The notes below the pieces were generated by a model. That model did no database searches. It had not been told where the DNA came from and worked only from the letters and a program-made list of their open reading frames with translations. 64,000 nucleotides of DNA, taken from positions 26 through 64,025 of the forward strand of contig JAMCUN010000004.1 of NCBI GenBank assembly GCA_023381415.1. Direction: 5' to 3'. Made by a program: the position numbers and the translations under genes. The first letter of the stretch is position 1, and every line of letters begins with the position of its first letter. The DNA is from Thermoplasmatota archaeon. GTDB lineage: Archaea; Thermoplasmatota; Thermoplasmata; Thermoplasmatales; GCA-001856825. Shown here piece by piece: positions 10,345 to 23,612 of this stretch.

Positions 10345-10851
10345 TTGAGCACCTTATCCAGGAAGGATCAGATATTGGATTTTGTGAAGAACAATCCTGG
10401 GCATCACTTCAGGGGAATACAGAGATCACTTCATTTATCAACGGGGGTCCTTCAATATCACCTAAACAACATGCTGAAGGAAAATGACATCATAGTGAGG
10501 GACATCAATGGTACAAGCTGTTATTTCCCCAGCAGGGGCTTCAGTGAGGATCAATTCAAGGTCCTTAGCCATCTCAGGAACAGGATCAGGAACAGGATTC
10601 TGAGAGTCATGCTGGACGGAAATCCTAGGCCGCCTTCAGAGCTGAAGAAGGAGCTGTCAATCAGTTCACCAACACTCAGTTATCACCTAGGACTGATGAT
10701 CGATGACGGAATACTAGAAAGAGTACTCGGCGAAAGGGGGACGACATACAGGGTGAAAGATTTGAATATGTTCAAGGGTCTTATATTGGAGTACAAGGAA
10801 TCTTTTGCAGATAAACTCATTCAGGATTTCGTGGACCTATGGTTAAGATAG
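10345..10851 (+). CDS. Double winged-helix transcriptional regulator (ArsR-like, HVO_0163-type)
   Basis: NPGHHFRGIQRSL..GVLQYHL and second HTH ISSPTLSYHL. Confidence 0.85.
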   Translation: MSTLSRKDQILDFVKNNPGHHFRGIQRSLHLSTGVLQYHLNNMLKENDIIVRDINGTSCYFPSRGFSEDQFKVLSHLRNRIRNRILRVMLDGNPRPPSELKKELSISSPTLSYHLGLMIDDGILERVLGERGTTYRVKDLNMFKGLILEYKESFADKLIQDFVDLWLR

Positions 10852-11706
10852 TCATTTCTTCCTGTAGTAAAGGAATATAAGATACTTTACGGAAACGAAA
10901 AGGGAGGCTCCAATTCCAAGTGAAATGGAGTTCGAAATGAGGTGCTGTTCCAGAGGACTGGAGAATCCGGAGATCTGGAAGTAGCTCATAACGTCGCTTG
11001 AAATCGGCTGTTCCGAGGAAAGCACCTGCTCAAAGGCGACTGAAAAGCTTCCTTCATTTACGGGGAAGGAAAACGACAGGTAAGAATTGCCTCCCTTTGC
11101 TTCACCCTCTACCTTCAGAGAGACCTGGGATAATGCACCCCCAATTCTTAAAAGAGCCGGGGAATAGAGTACGAATGACGAGTTGCCGTATTCAAGGGTC
11201 AGGTTGTACATCCCATGATTCTCATTTGAGACAGTGGAATTCACCGGCAGTCTGTTAAGCAGTATATCCTGGGTGGGAACATCCTCCACTATTGTTGCGT
11301 AAGTGTAAGAAGTACTTCCCGTTATGGCAATGGAGTTAAGGTAGGCCCTTCCTGGAGGTACTGAAAGCTCATACGTACCATTGCCAACAAGGAACACCTC
11401 GGACAGCGGGTTAGTAGTTAGGTCTATAGAGTCATTGAACTCTATCGAATCGTTTATTGGAGAAACCATCCTGCCTGTATAAGAGAGGTTGAGTATGTGG
11501 CTCGTCCTCTGTACTATGGGGGAACCTGGGTGAATATGAAAGGATTCAACTTCGCTGAATGCCCTGTCCCCGAATCCTATAGACACAAGACCAATGATCG
11601 GCACCTTTTCCGGGGAATGTCCCGACGGTGCTGCATTGGCCGGGGCTGTCACGACAAACGCAGCAATTGCGACTGAAACAATCGCGATGACAATCAGGTG
11701 CTTCAA
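10852..11706 (-). CDS. Secreted cell-surface protein with signal peptide and C-terminal TM anchor
   Basis: MKH + hydrophobic + ANA/A signal; N-glycosylation sequons; ends in hydrophobic helix + RKK. Confidence 0.75.
   Translation of the reverse strand: MKHLIVIAIVSVAIAAFVVTAPANAAPSGHSPEKVPIIGLVSIGFGDRAFSEVESFHIHPGSPIVQRTSHILNLSYTGRMVSPINDSIEFNDSIDLTTNPLSEVFLVGNGTYELSVPPGRAYLNSIAITGSTSYTYATIVEDVPTQDILLNRLPVNSTVSNENHGMYNLTLEYGNSSFVLYSPALLRIGGALSQVSLKVEGEAKGGNSYLSFSFPVNEGSFSVAFEQVLSSEQPISSDVMSYFQISGFSSPLEQHLISNSISLGIGASLFVSVKYLIFLYYRKK
10865..10895 (-). repeat. Right copy of 31-bp inverted repeat
   Basis: Minus strand TTTCCGTAAAGTATCTTATATTCCTTTACTA; lies in the C-terminal anchor codons of 10852-11706. 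Confidence 0.95.
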
Positions 11707-11759
11707 TACGCATAAATTGAAAGGTTGCTATAAAGACATATGGTACAAAATTCAAAACG

Positions 11760-13553
11760 TCACAAGATAGAATACCGTATCTTCTGACCCTGGGATATGG
11801 CCTTCCTTAGTGCTCTTCCCTGAACTGATTTAGCCTTTACCTGTATTATCCCGTTCTTCGACACCCTTGCAATGAAAAGCGGGGAATCATCTACCAGGAC
11901 CTCAACTTCCTTCTCCTTGAATTCGGTTCCAACATGAAGGTTGATCTTATTTGCGGTTACCTCTGCTCCCAGGCTTTCTGTTGCCTTGAAGTTCATCTCC
12001 TCGATGTCGATCGGCATACCAATGTCCTGCTCCAACCCTCTAACCCTTCCTCCTCCCTTGCCTATGACCTCTCCCATGTATTGTTCTGGGACGTAAAGCT
12101 TGAGCCTGCCAGAATCGTCTACATCTATCTTGTGAGGAACATCCCGGAGATCATTCTCTATATGGTTTACTACTGCCTTCATGTCCCTCTTCTGCCTCTT
12201 CCTGACAGGTACAACAACGACCTGTTCACCGAATGTGTAAATCTCATACAGGACAGTGCCGTTGAAGAAGTCCTTGATCTCTATCACCGGTCTCGCCATA
12301 TCCTCCTCACTCATCCCAGAGGGGATCTTCACTGAATATGAAAGGTCGAGAACTTCCTTTATGCCTCCATTCTCTATATAGATGATAGTATCTATGATCT
12401 GTGGTATAAGACCCAACTCTATCTTACCCACAAACCTCTGCATTGCGTCAATCGCCCTGGAGGCGTGGATCACGCCGAGCATGCCAACCCCGGCAAGCCT
12501 GAGGTCCGAGTAAGTGAAGAAGTCTCCAGACACCCTGATCTCATCGAATACCGTATAATCCGGTCTCTCAAGTAACAGAATGTCGCCAGTCTTCTCTATA
12601 GATCCTTCGAGAGGGGTGAGCTGAGTGATCTCCTGTGAAACCTGAAGGTCCCTGGGCTTTTCTATAGTCTTTACTACCTTCCCCTGTGAATTATAAAATT
12701 CAGCCAGTGCCTGGACAAAGGTGCTCTTACCGGCACCAGGTTTTCCAGATACCAGTATGCCCTCAGCCCTGTCCCTGAATCTTTTCATAAGAGATTCTCC
12801 GACCTGATAGTCCTCCAGGGAGAGCTTCCTTATCGGCCTGACTGCAGTTATCTCCACACCATCACTTACTGGCGGCCTGGTTATGACTATCCTGATGTTC
12901 TTGAGCTGGACCACGGTTGCCCCACGGACATCCATGTCAATCAAGCTTCGGCTGTCATTTCTTGCCCTTTCAATTACGTCGTTTGCTATTGAATTCAACT
13001 CGCTTCTCTCGAGAACGGAGGTGCCGTACTCGAGGTTCCAGGATCCTGGTTTTCCGACCTTCATCCTGGGCCTCGTTCCCTCCTTAAGGTGCACGGACAT
13101 CGTATCCTCTTTGAAGAAGGTTTCAATCTGCTTCGAGAATATCTGTATTGGCTCCAGATAAAGCACCCTGATCCCCTTGATCTCAGCGATTGTTTTCTGT
13201 ATGAAGTCTCCGGTCACGAGGATAGACCTTGTTTCAAGAGCAGACTGGCGGATCAGTTCATCAATCTCTCCGCTCTTTGCCCGCTTTATCTGCCATTCAG
13301 TAGGCCTCTTCCCGATGAAGCTTAGGGTAATCTTACCCTCATCGCTCATCTTCCTCAGTCTCTTCAGTTCCTCAAGTCCTGCGAACCCTATGCTTCTCCC
13401 CTCGTTTGCCTGATGTTCTATCTCGGATATGAGCGATTCAGGCACTACTACGTCAGCAGGTGTCTTTTCCTTCAGAAACTGGCAGAATCTCCCATCGACT
13501 ATGACAGAGGTGTCAGGGATGTAAGTTTCCTGCGTGCCATCTTCCCTTTCCAT
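11760..13553 (-). CDS. PIN-domain ATPase with KH domain (PINA family, Holliday-junction branch migration)
   Basis: N-terminal PIN (PDTS), Walker A GKPGAGKS, DEIR, C-terminal KH IGKGG. Confidence 0.9.
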   Translation of the reverse strand: MEREDGTQETYIPDTSVIVDGRFCQFLKEKTPADVVVPESLISEIEHQANEGRSIGFAGLEELKRLRKMSDEGKITLSFIGKRPTEWQIKRAKSGEIDELIRQSALETRSILVTGDFIQKTIAEIKGIRVLYLEPIQIFSKQIETFFKEDTMSVHLKEGTRPRMKVGKPGSWNLEYGTSVLERSELNSIANDVIERARNDSRSLIDMDVRGATVVQLKNIRIVITRPPVSDGVEITAVRPIRKLSLEDYQVGESLMKRFRDRAEGILVSGKPGAGKSTFVQALAEFYNSQGKVVKTIEKPRDLQVSQEITQLTPLEGSIEKTGDILLLERPDYTVFDEIRVSGDFFTYSDLRLAGVGMLGVIHASRAIDAMQRFVGKIELGLIPQIIDTIIYIENGGIKEVLDLSYSVKIPSGMSEEDMARPVIEIKDFFNGTVLYEIYTFGEQVVVVPVRKRQKRDMKAVVNHIENDLRDVPHKIDVDDSGRLKLYVPEQYMGEVIGKGGGRVRGLEQDIGMPIDIEEMNFKATESLGAEVTANKINLHVGTEFKEKEVEVLVDDSPLFIARVSKNGIIQVKAKSVQGRALRKAISQGQKIRYSIL

Positions 13554-13556
13554 GGT

Positions 13557-14483
13557 TCACTCCCACTCTATAGTACCTGGGGGCTTGTCGGTAATGTCGT
13601 AGACTACCCGGCTAATCTCCGGGATTCCATTCGTGATATCCCTGGATATCTTGGCAAGCACTTCTGGAGGTATGGGGCTGAAGTTTGCCGTCATTCCATC
13701 AGAAGAATTGACGCACCTTATAGCTACAGTCGAGCCGTAAACTCTCCTGTCACCATGAACTCCTGTTGATCTGTCTGCCAGAAGAACCACAAAGTACTGC
13801 CAGGGTATTTCATCCAACCTGGATATATTGTTCTCTAGGATAGAGGTAGCTTTCCTGAGGAGGTTGACCTTCTCCTTTGTCACCTCTCCAATGATCCTCA
13901 CGGCCAGCCCCGGTCCAGGGAAAGGCTGCCTCATCCTCGGGATCCCATAGTACTCCGCTATATCCCTCACCTCATCCTTGTACAGGTCCCTGAGCGGTTC
14001 AACTATCTTCAGATGAACAACTTCAGGAAGCCCTCCGACGTTGTGGTGGCTCTTGATAGTGTCTCGCAGACCTCCCCCAGATTCTATCCAATCTGGCGCG
14101 ATGGTTCCCTGGACGAGATATTGCGCGGAGAACTCTTTTGCCTCCCTCTCGAAAACGTCTATGAACGCTCTTCCGATCTCCTTCCTTTTCCTCTCCGGGT
14201 CTACTACTCCTCTCAGCCTGCTAAGGAACAGATCTTCCTCATCTAAAATCCTGTGGTTTACACCAAGCTTCGAAAGGGTCCTCTTTACCTCTTCTTCCTC
14301 TCCTAGCCTCATCAGGCCGGTATTGACGTAAACAGCCAAAACGTCAGGTCCTAGTGCCTCTGAGACTATCTTTGCGGCCACGGTACTATCTATCCCGCCT
14401 GAAACTGCTATCACCGCCCTTCCTGTCACTTCCCTTTTGATCTTCTGGACGGCAGACGAAACAAAGTCCTCTGGAGAGAACAA
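13557..14483 (-). CDS. guaAB: GMP synthase subunit B (ATP pyrophosphatase)
   Basis: SGGIDS, IKSHHNVGG, PFPGPGL, KPPGTIEWE. Confidence 0.97.
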   Translation of the reverse strand: MFSPEDFVSSAVQKIKREVTGRAVIAVSGGIDSTVAAKIVSEALGPDVLAVYVNTGLMRLGEEEEVKRTLSKLGVNHRILDEEDLFLSRLRGVVDPERKRKEIGRAFIDVFEREAKEFSAQYLVQGTIAPDWIESGGGLRDTIKSHHNVGGLPEVVHLKIVEPLRDLYKDEVRDIAEYYGIPRMRQPFPGPGLAVRIIGEVTKEKVNLLRKATSILENNISRLDEIPWQYFVVLLADRSTGVHGDRRVYGSTVAIRCVNSSDGMTANFSPIPPEVLAKISRDITNGIPEISRVVYDITDKPPGTIEWE

Positions 14484-14494
14484 TTCAGATCCGT

Positions 14495-14788
14495 TTAGGT
14501 TTTCAACAGAACCGCTAGGAATATAAGCAGGGCAATTACAGCTCCAACTATCGCAGACACAAGGTACAGGACACCGTTGTAAATGACGCTAGTCAGGCTT
14601 ATGTTGAGGGCGGTACGGGCAAATATAGTGATAAGCCAAACTACAATCCCAACCACTCCGAGCAGAATTCCGAACGTCCTGACTTTCCCAGATCCAAAAT
14701 AAGCTGCGAAAATGCCAAGGACCAGCAATGACAGCCCCAGAATGAGGAGCAACATTGCAACGAAGATTTCAGCGAATGACGAATCCAT
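14495..14788 (-). CDS. Small 3-TM membrane protein
   Basis: Hydrophobic ORF tightly packed in operon; FAAYFGSGK motif. Confidence 0.75.
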   Translation of the reverse strand: MDSSFAEIFVAMLLLILGLSLLVLGIFAAYFGSGKVRTFGILLGVVGIVVWLITIFARTALNISLTSVIYNGVLYLVSAIVGAVIALLIFLAVLLKT

Positions 14789-14796
14789 ATTATTAC

Positions 14797-15039
14797 CTAC
14801 ATCTTTATTCCCGTAAGTGTCTTCGTATCCAAAATACCTTCGATTACTCTGATCTTCTCCATTACTATCTGACCCAGCTCCGTGAAATCCTTTGTTTCAA
14901 GTTTAGCAATGAGGTCATATTCCCCAAACAGGGGGTGCAGTTCCACTATCTCCTTTATCTTTAGAAGTTCATTGTATACCTGATGCTCCTTGCCTGGAAC
15001 TGTACTGATCAGAACAAACCCAACAGCCAGATTAATCAC
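14797..15039 (-). CDS. Stand-alone Lrp/AsnC ligand-binding (RAM) domain protein
   Basis: LFGEYDLIAK, TKTL; no HTH. Confidence 0.9.
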   Translation of the reverse strand: MINLAVGFVLISTVPGKEHQVYNELLKIKEIVELHPLFGEYDLIAKLETKDFTELGQIVMEKIRVIEGILDTKTLTGIKM

Positions 15040-15088
15040 CGAAGTTTAATGGACTGGTCTTATAAAAGGCTTTTTGAGGATCTTGCGG

Positions 15089-15113
15089 AAATTCGGGGAC
15101 TCCCCGTGAATTT
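15089..15113. promoter_or_regulatory. Imperfect palindrome in divergent promoter region
   Basis: AAATT-CGGGGA-C-TCCCCG-tg-AATTT. Confidence 0.4.
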
Positions 15114-15231
15114 ATTCTTTAATTATAAGCGGCAGTATCGTTGGGGAACACAACTGACCTCGGTAAGGACGCCTCAGATTTAGCTTATTCTTCCCAACAA
15201 AATATTTTAACTCAGAATCACTGACCAAGTC

Positions 15232-18903
<3,672 letters not shown>

Positions 18904-18906
18904 ATG

Positions 18907-20097
18907 TTACTCGGCTAGACCATCTTCATTCTGACTTTCCTGAATCCTGCTCTGCCCCCTGAATACGATCCCGAATATTGCTGCACTGACAAATCCTGAT
19001 AGGGTAACCAACCCCCAGATCTCAACCGGGGCTGAAGTAAAATTGAGTACTGCTCCACCCAGGAGCGGGCCAGTTGCCCTTCCAACAGATATAAATGCAT
19101 TGTACATCCCCATGTTCTTTCCAATGTTTTCCTTCTTCGAAACGAGGGCGACCATTGCGGCGGATGACGGGAATGCCAGGTCTTCTCCTATGGTGAGAAC
19201 AACAGTCGAGGCCAGCATTCCGAGCAGGTTGTACGCAAACCCGAACGAAAGGAATCCTGCTGTGTAGATGACGCTCCCTATCAGGAAAGAATTGTAGTTC
19301 CCTAAGATCCTTATCATCTTGTACATGAATCCCTGTGTGAGGACTACTATCAGCCCACCTGCCCCGTATAGCAGACCGAGTTCAAAGTAATTCAGCCCCC
19401 GCACAATATGTACGTAGTTTGAAAGTGTCACAGTTTCCTGCGCCTGAACCATGAATATCAGAAGAGCGGTGAATGATAGAACAATAAGCATTGTATTCTC
19501 CACGCTTGCTCTTTGCAAGGACGTAGCCGAAGGTTTGCTTTCGTGAAGCAAAAGTGCGAAAAGAAGGGAAATGAAAGATGATGCAAACCCGAAGATGAAC
19601 AGATAGTAATAACCCAGAAAATAGACGGCGAAGCCTCCAACGGCCGGTCCAAGTCCCCATCCTATATTTGCCCCTATCCTGAGTGCGGAGAAACCCTTCG
19701 ATTTGATCTCGCTTGAAGCAGAAACTATAGAGTATATTGAAGGCTGGATCACAGATCCCGAAAGGGTCAGTGCAACGAATATGATCGTATAATATATCGG
19801 AGACGTCCGGACTGCAGATGAGGCCACCAATATCAAGAAAAGAAACGTGAAAACAGAGGCAGCAGCAACAACTACCTTCTTATGACCAACCATGTCGGAA
19901 TAGATGCCCGAGTACCTCTGGAAGATTGCGCCTGCGAGAGTGGCAACAGTGATGATGAGCCCGTCATCGAGGACGTTTAGTCCAAGAACTTCCCTGAAAT
20001 AGAGGGCACTGAATATCCAAACTGAGGAAAATCCAAGACCTCGAAAGGCTGACACTGCAGCAGCAATCGTTACGTTTCTCAGGAATATCTTCAGCAG
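18907..20097 (-). CDS. MFS transporter; start probably upstream of the GTG at 20055
   Basis: About 12 hydrophobic helices, GIYSDMVGHK motif-A variant; frame open to 20112. Confidence 0.85.
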   Translation of the reverse strand: MLKIFLRNVTIAAAVSAFRGLGFSSVWIFSALYFREVLGLNVLDDGLIITVATLAGAIFQRYSGIYSDMVGHKKVVVAAASVFTFLFLILVASSAVRTSPIYYTIIFVALTLSGSVIQPSIYSIVSASSEIKSKGFSALRIGANIGWGLGPAVGGFAVYFLGYYYLFIFGFASSFISLLFALLLHESKPSATSLQRASVENTMLIVLSFTALLIFMVQAQETVTLSNYVHIVRGLNYFELGLLYGAGGLIVVLTQGFMYKMIRILGNYNSFLIGSVIYTAGFLSFGFAYNLLGMLASTVVLTIGEDLAFPSSAAMVALVSKKENIGKNMGMYNAFISVGRATGPLLGGAVLNFTSAPVEIWGLVTLSGFVSAAIFGIVFRGQSRIQESQNEDGLAE

Positions 20098-20183
20098 AGT
20101 GTCGACCCCGTATTAATTACATTCCTAGCGTCCGTTGCCACGAAAAATAAGGTAGGAGAGACATTCAAGCAACCATACAATGA

Positions 20184-22226
20184 TCAAAGTCCAGTGGTGA
20201 CTCCCCTTTCAACAAGCTTCTTCGCATTCTTGATTATGTTTTCAGAAATACGTTCGCCGAACCCCTGTATCTTCTCCAGCTCCTTCGGCGTGGACCTTGC
20301 AATGCGTTCGAGGTCGAATCCGTTGATCATCAGCCGCCTGGCCCTTACCCTTCCAACGTTTGGCAGGAACACCAGGGGTATCAGGTCCTGCTGTACACCA
20401 TTCGACAACCTGTAATTGAGGACTCTGAGTTCTGTTCTTCCCATATTAAGTGCCCTTGATATCTCATAAAGGGAATGGGAAAGCCAGTCAGCTACCTCCA
20501 CTCTGTTCCTAAGATCAGCTGGCCAGATGTGGTATTTCTCAACGATCGTTTCCTCAGGTGTCTCTTCTATCCAGTCCCTGAGTACCATGGATACCTTCAT
20601 CTGTTCTGGCTCCGGATGGAAGGGGAGACCGGATGTGGGGATGTATGGAAAATTCTCCTTATCGGAAACGTACAGCGAGGGCATATCAGGCGTCGAACTT
20701 ATCCCAAGAAGTATATTGTCTATATCTTCCAGCGGAACAGTGTCCCTAAGTACGACACCTGTGACAGGGTCTATGTACAGTTCAGAAACCTTCCTGCCGA
20801 ATGGGGTTGGCCTGTAGGAATCTTCACCCTTGATCATGTCGTTTTCCTGCAGGAATTCAATACTCTTCTTGATCCATTCGTCCTGCAGTATGCCCTCGTG
20901 GAACGCCAGGGTGGTCGAAAAGAATCTGTTCAGAGACTGGAGATCTTTGCACATTCCTGATGAAATCAGTCCAAGGACGTGCATCCTGATTTTGCTCTCG
21001 TTTATTCTCGAAGTAATGCTCTCCAATTCACCGTTAATGTAGGTGGAATACGTCTCGCGGAGGCGGGTCTTGGAGGAATAAACGTATCCGTAACCTATCC
21101 TGTCATACTTAACTCTCCCGGCCCTTCCGAGCATCTGCTGCACTTCGAGATTGGGGATGAGGACTGATGAATAACCGTCATATCTGTAGACGTCCTTTAT
21201 TATCACCGACCTGGCTGGAAGATTGAGTCCTGCTGCAAGGGTCGTGGTAGCAACTATTACCTTGATCTTCCTTTCCTTGAATAATCTCTCCACCAGTTTC
21301 CTCTGCTCTGATAACATCCCAGCATGGTGATATCCAACTCCTTTCCTTAACATGGGCACCAGCTTTTCGTATCCAGGTGTTTCGTGGTCGTACGCAAGTT
21401 TAGAGAGAGCGTCCCCTTCATCCCTAGTCAGTACAGCTTCTACGTATCTTCCCATCTTATCTGCTGTGCTTTCGGCAGATTTCCTGGACCTGACGAAAAC
21501 CAGCGTCTGTCCGGAGTCTTTCAAGGACTCGACAACGAAGTCCTCAAAAGAGTCGATATCAGAAACGAGAACACCGTCCTCATCTATAACTGAATCAGGA
21601 GTCAAGATGAACTTCCTTAGAGGTACGGGCCTAAAATCGCTTGTTACTTCAGCTGCCCTGAGCCAGGAAGCAAGGTCACCAACGTTATTTACTGTTGCGG
21701 ACATTGCAATGAACTGGGCTCCCTCCATCAGATACCTAATCTTTGATATCACTATTTCAAGAGTACTTCCCCGAGAATCGTCCATTATGTTATGGATCTC
21801 ATCAAACACCACGAATCCAAGATTATCGAAGACAGCGGGGTTGTTCCTAAGCAGGGAATCAACCTTCTCGGACGTTGAGATGATCACGTCATAGCTCTTG
21901 AGGTAATTTGAGGGACTGTCGTAATCTCCAGTGCTTATGCCTATTTTCATCCCGAATTTCTCAAAAAATTTCAGGTCCTCGTTTTTCTCCTCAGCAAGTG
22001 CTCTCAGGGGGACAACGTAAAGAGATCTGAGCCCCCTCTTCCAGGCTCTCAGAATACCGAAGTAGGCGACTAAGGATTTGCCTGATGAAGTGGGAGTTGC
22101 AAGCACGAGGGACTCTCCCCGGGAGAGGACGTTTATCGCCTCTATCTGCAGTGGATACAGTTTCCTTATTCCCTCATTCTCGAGATAGCTGGAAAACTCC
22201 TCTGGAGGCGGAAACCCAAGCTCCAA
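20184..22226 (-). CDS. hel308: Ski2-like SF2 DNA helicase Hel308
   Basis: PTSSGKS, DEIH, SAT, YHHAG, QMLGRAGR, C-terminal HhH GRVRAR. Confidence 0.95.
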   Translation of the reverse strand: MELGFPPPEEFSSYLENEGIRKLYPLQIEAINVLSRGESLVLATPTSSGKSLVAYFGILRAWKRGLRSLYVVPLRALAEEKNEDLKFFEKFGMKIGISTGDYDSPSNYLKSYDVIISTSEKVDSLLRNNPAVFDNLGFVVFDEIHNIMDDSRGSTLEIVISKIRYLMEGAQFIAMSATVNNVGDLASWLRAAEVTSDFRPVPLRKFILTPDSVIDEDGVLVSDIDSFEDFVVESLKDSGQTLVFVRSRKSAESTADKMGRYVEAVLTRDEGDALSKLAYDHETPGYEKLVPMLRKGVGYHHAGMLSEQRKLVERLFKERKIKVIVATTTLAAGLNLPARSVIIKDVYRYDGYSSVLIPNLEVQQMLGRAGRVKYDRIGYGYVYSSKTRLRETYSTYINGELESITSRINESKIRMHVLGLISSGMCKDLQSLNRFFSTTLAFHEGILQDEWIKKSIEFLQENDMIKGEDSYRPTPFGRKVSELYIDPVTGVVLRDTVPLEDIDNILLGISSTPDMPSLYVSDKENFPYIPTSGLPFHPEPEQMKVSMVLRDWIEETPEETIVEKYHIWPADLRNRVEVADWLSHSLYEISRALNMGRTELRVLNYRLSNGVQQDLIPLVFLPNVGRVRARRLMINGFDLERIARSTPKELEKIQGFGERISENIIKNAKKLVERGVTTGL

Positions 22227-22229
22227 TTC

Positions 22230-23549
22230 TCAGATTACCTCTTTTCCCATAGCATCCCTAAGTACCTTGGGCACAACTATCGAGCCGTCTTCCTGCTGGT
22301 TATTCTCAATTATCGCCACCAGTGTTCTGGTTGTTGCGATAAGTGTGGAGTTCAATGTATGAACGAACACATTGCCTTCCTTGCCCCTGTACCTCACCTT
22401 GAGCCTTCTGGCCTGATAATCTAGGACATTTGAAGCGCTCACAACCTCCCTGAACTGTCCCTGTGCCGGGTACCAAGCCTCTATGTCAAACTTTCTAGAT
22501 GCAACATTCCCCAGGTCTCCAGTTGCAATATCCACGATCCTGAACGGAATCTCAAGTGCCCTGTAGAATTCCTTGGCATTTTCTAGTAATCTTTCGTGGT
22601 AGATCCTGGAGTCATCTGGCCTTACGAAAGCGAACTGCTCTATCTTGTTGAACTGGTGCACCCTGAAAATTCCTTTGGTGTCCTTACCATGGGCGCCTGC
22701 CTCTTTTCTGAAACATGGCGATATTCCTGCGAAAAGCAATGGTAGGCTTCCTTCCTCAAGGATCGTATTTGACAGGTAGGCGGCTATCGGGTGTTCTGAT
22801 GTTGCAATTAGGTACAGATCTTCTCCCTCGATCTTGTACAGCGTATCCTCGAAGGCTGTGAAATCTGTGGCACCGTTAGTCGCCTCCCTGTTCATCATGA
22901 ACGGGGGTTCCAGGAGCATGAACCCCTTCTTTTGGAGGAATTTGAGCGCATAGTTTTCAAGGGTTGATTCAAGTAGGACAAGGTCACCTAGGAGATAGTA
23001 GAATCTGGAGCCAGCGACAGCAGCAGCGCTTTCAAGATTCGCCAGACCTCTCTTCACAAGCAGGTCAACGTGACTCTTTGGCTTGAAATCTGATAACTCA
23101 TACTTCATCCTCTGGTTTGACTGTTCTAAGAACGAATCCTTGTCATCCCTGAACACCCTCGCAGTTCCGTCAAAGAGGACGGCCACGTTTCCGGTTTCGT
23201 CTCTCGCCACAGGTGCGGAGCTGTCGACGATGTTAGGGATCTTCTTCAGCACTTCATCCCTTCTCGTCTCCGTATCCTTCAGGCTGGTCTCCAGCCTCTC
23301 AATCTCCCTGTCTATTTCTGCAGCCTTTATCTTTATATCGTCCGCGCCCCTTCCGCTCCTTATCCTGTCTCCGATCTCCCTTACAAGCTTGTTCTTATCT
23401 GACTTTAGACTGTTGCTCCTTCTCAGAAGTTCCCTCCACTCTGAATCCAGTCTTATGGCTTCCCTCACGATTCCATCGTCCTGGAATCTCCTCTTCTGGC
23501 TTTCAAAGAGAATCTCAGGGTTCTTTCTGAGAACGTTTACGTCTATCAC
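22230..23549 (-). CDS. serS: Serine-tRNA ligase
   Basis: N-terminal coiled coil, IATSE, FRKEAG, FRVHQF, HTLN. Confidence 0.97.
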   Translation of the reverse strand: MIDVNVLRKNPEILFESQKRRFQDDGIVREAIRLDSEWRELLRRSNSLKSDKNKLVREIGDRIRSGRGADDIKIKAAEIDREIERLETSLKDTETRRDEVLKKIPNIVDSSAPVARDETGNVAVLFDGTARVFRDDKDSFLEQSNQRMKYELSDFKPKSHVDLLVKRGLANLESAAAVAGSRFYYLLGDLVLLESTLENYALKFLQKKGFMLLEPPFMMNREATNGATDFTAFEDTLYKIEGEDLYLIATSEHPIAAYLSNTILEEGSLPLLFAGISPCFRKEAGAHGKDTKGIFRVHQFNKIEQFAFVRPDDSRIYHERLLENAKEFYRALEIPFRIVDIATGDLGNVASRKFDIEAWYPAQGQFREVVSASNVLDYQARRLKVRYRGKEGNVFVHTLNSTLIATTRTLVAIIENNQQEDGSIVVPKVLRDAMGKEVI

Positions 23550-23612
23550 AGTTTGGCAACATATTCACTCTAATATAATTTGTTTGCTTCCTCGCATTCG
23601 CTATGGAGATGG

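Noticed and set aside
11760-13553. PIN-domain protein as a toxin or secretion ATPase
   Set aside because: PIN-ATPase-KH architecture is the conserved archaeal PINA housekeeping family
23085-23185. Insertion in SerRS between the coiled coil and the catalytic domain
   Set aside because: Similar inserts are, from recall, normal in archaeal SerRS of this type
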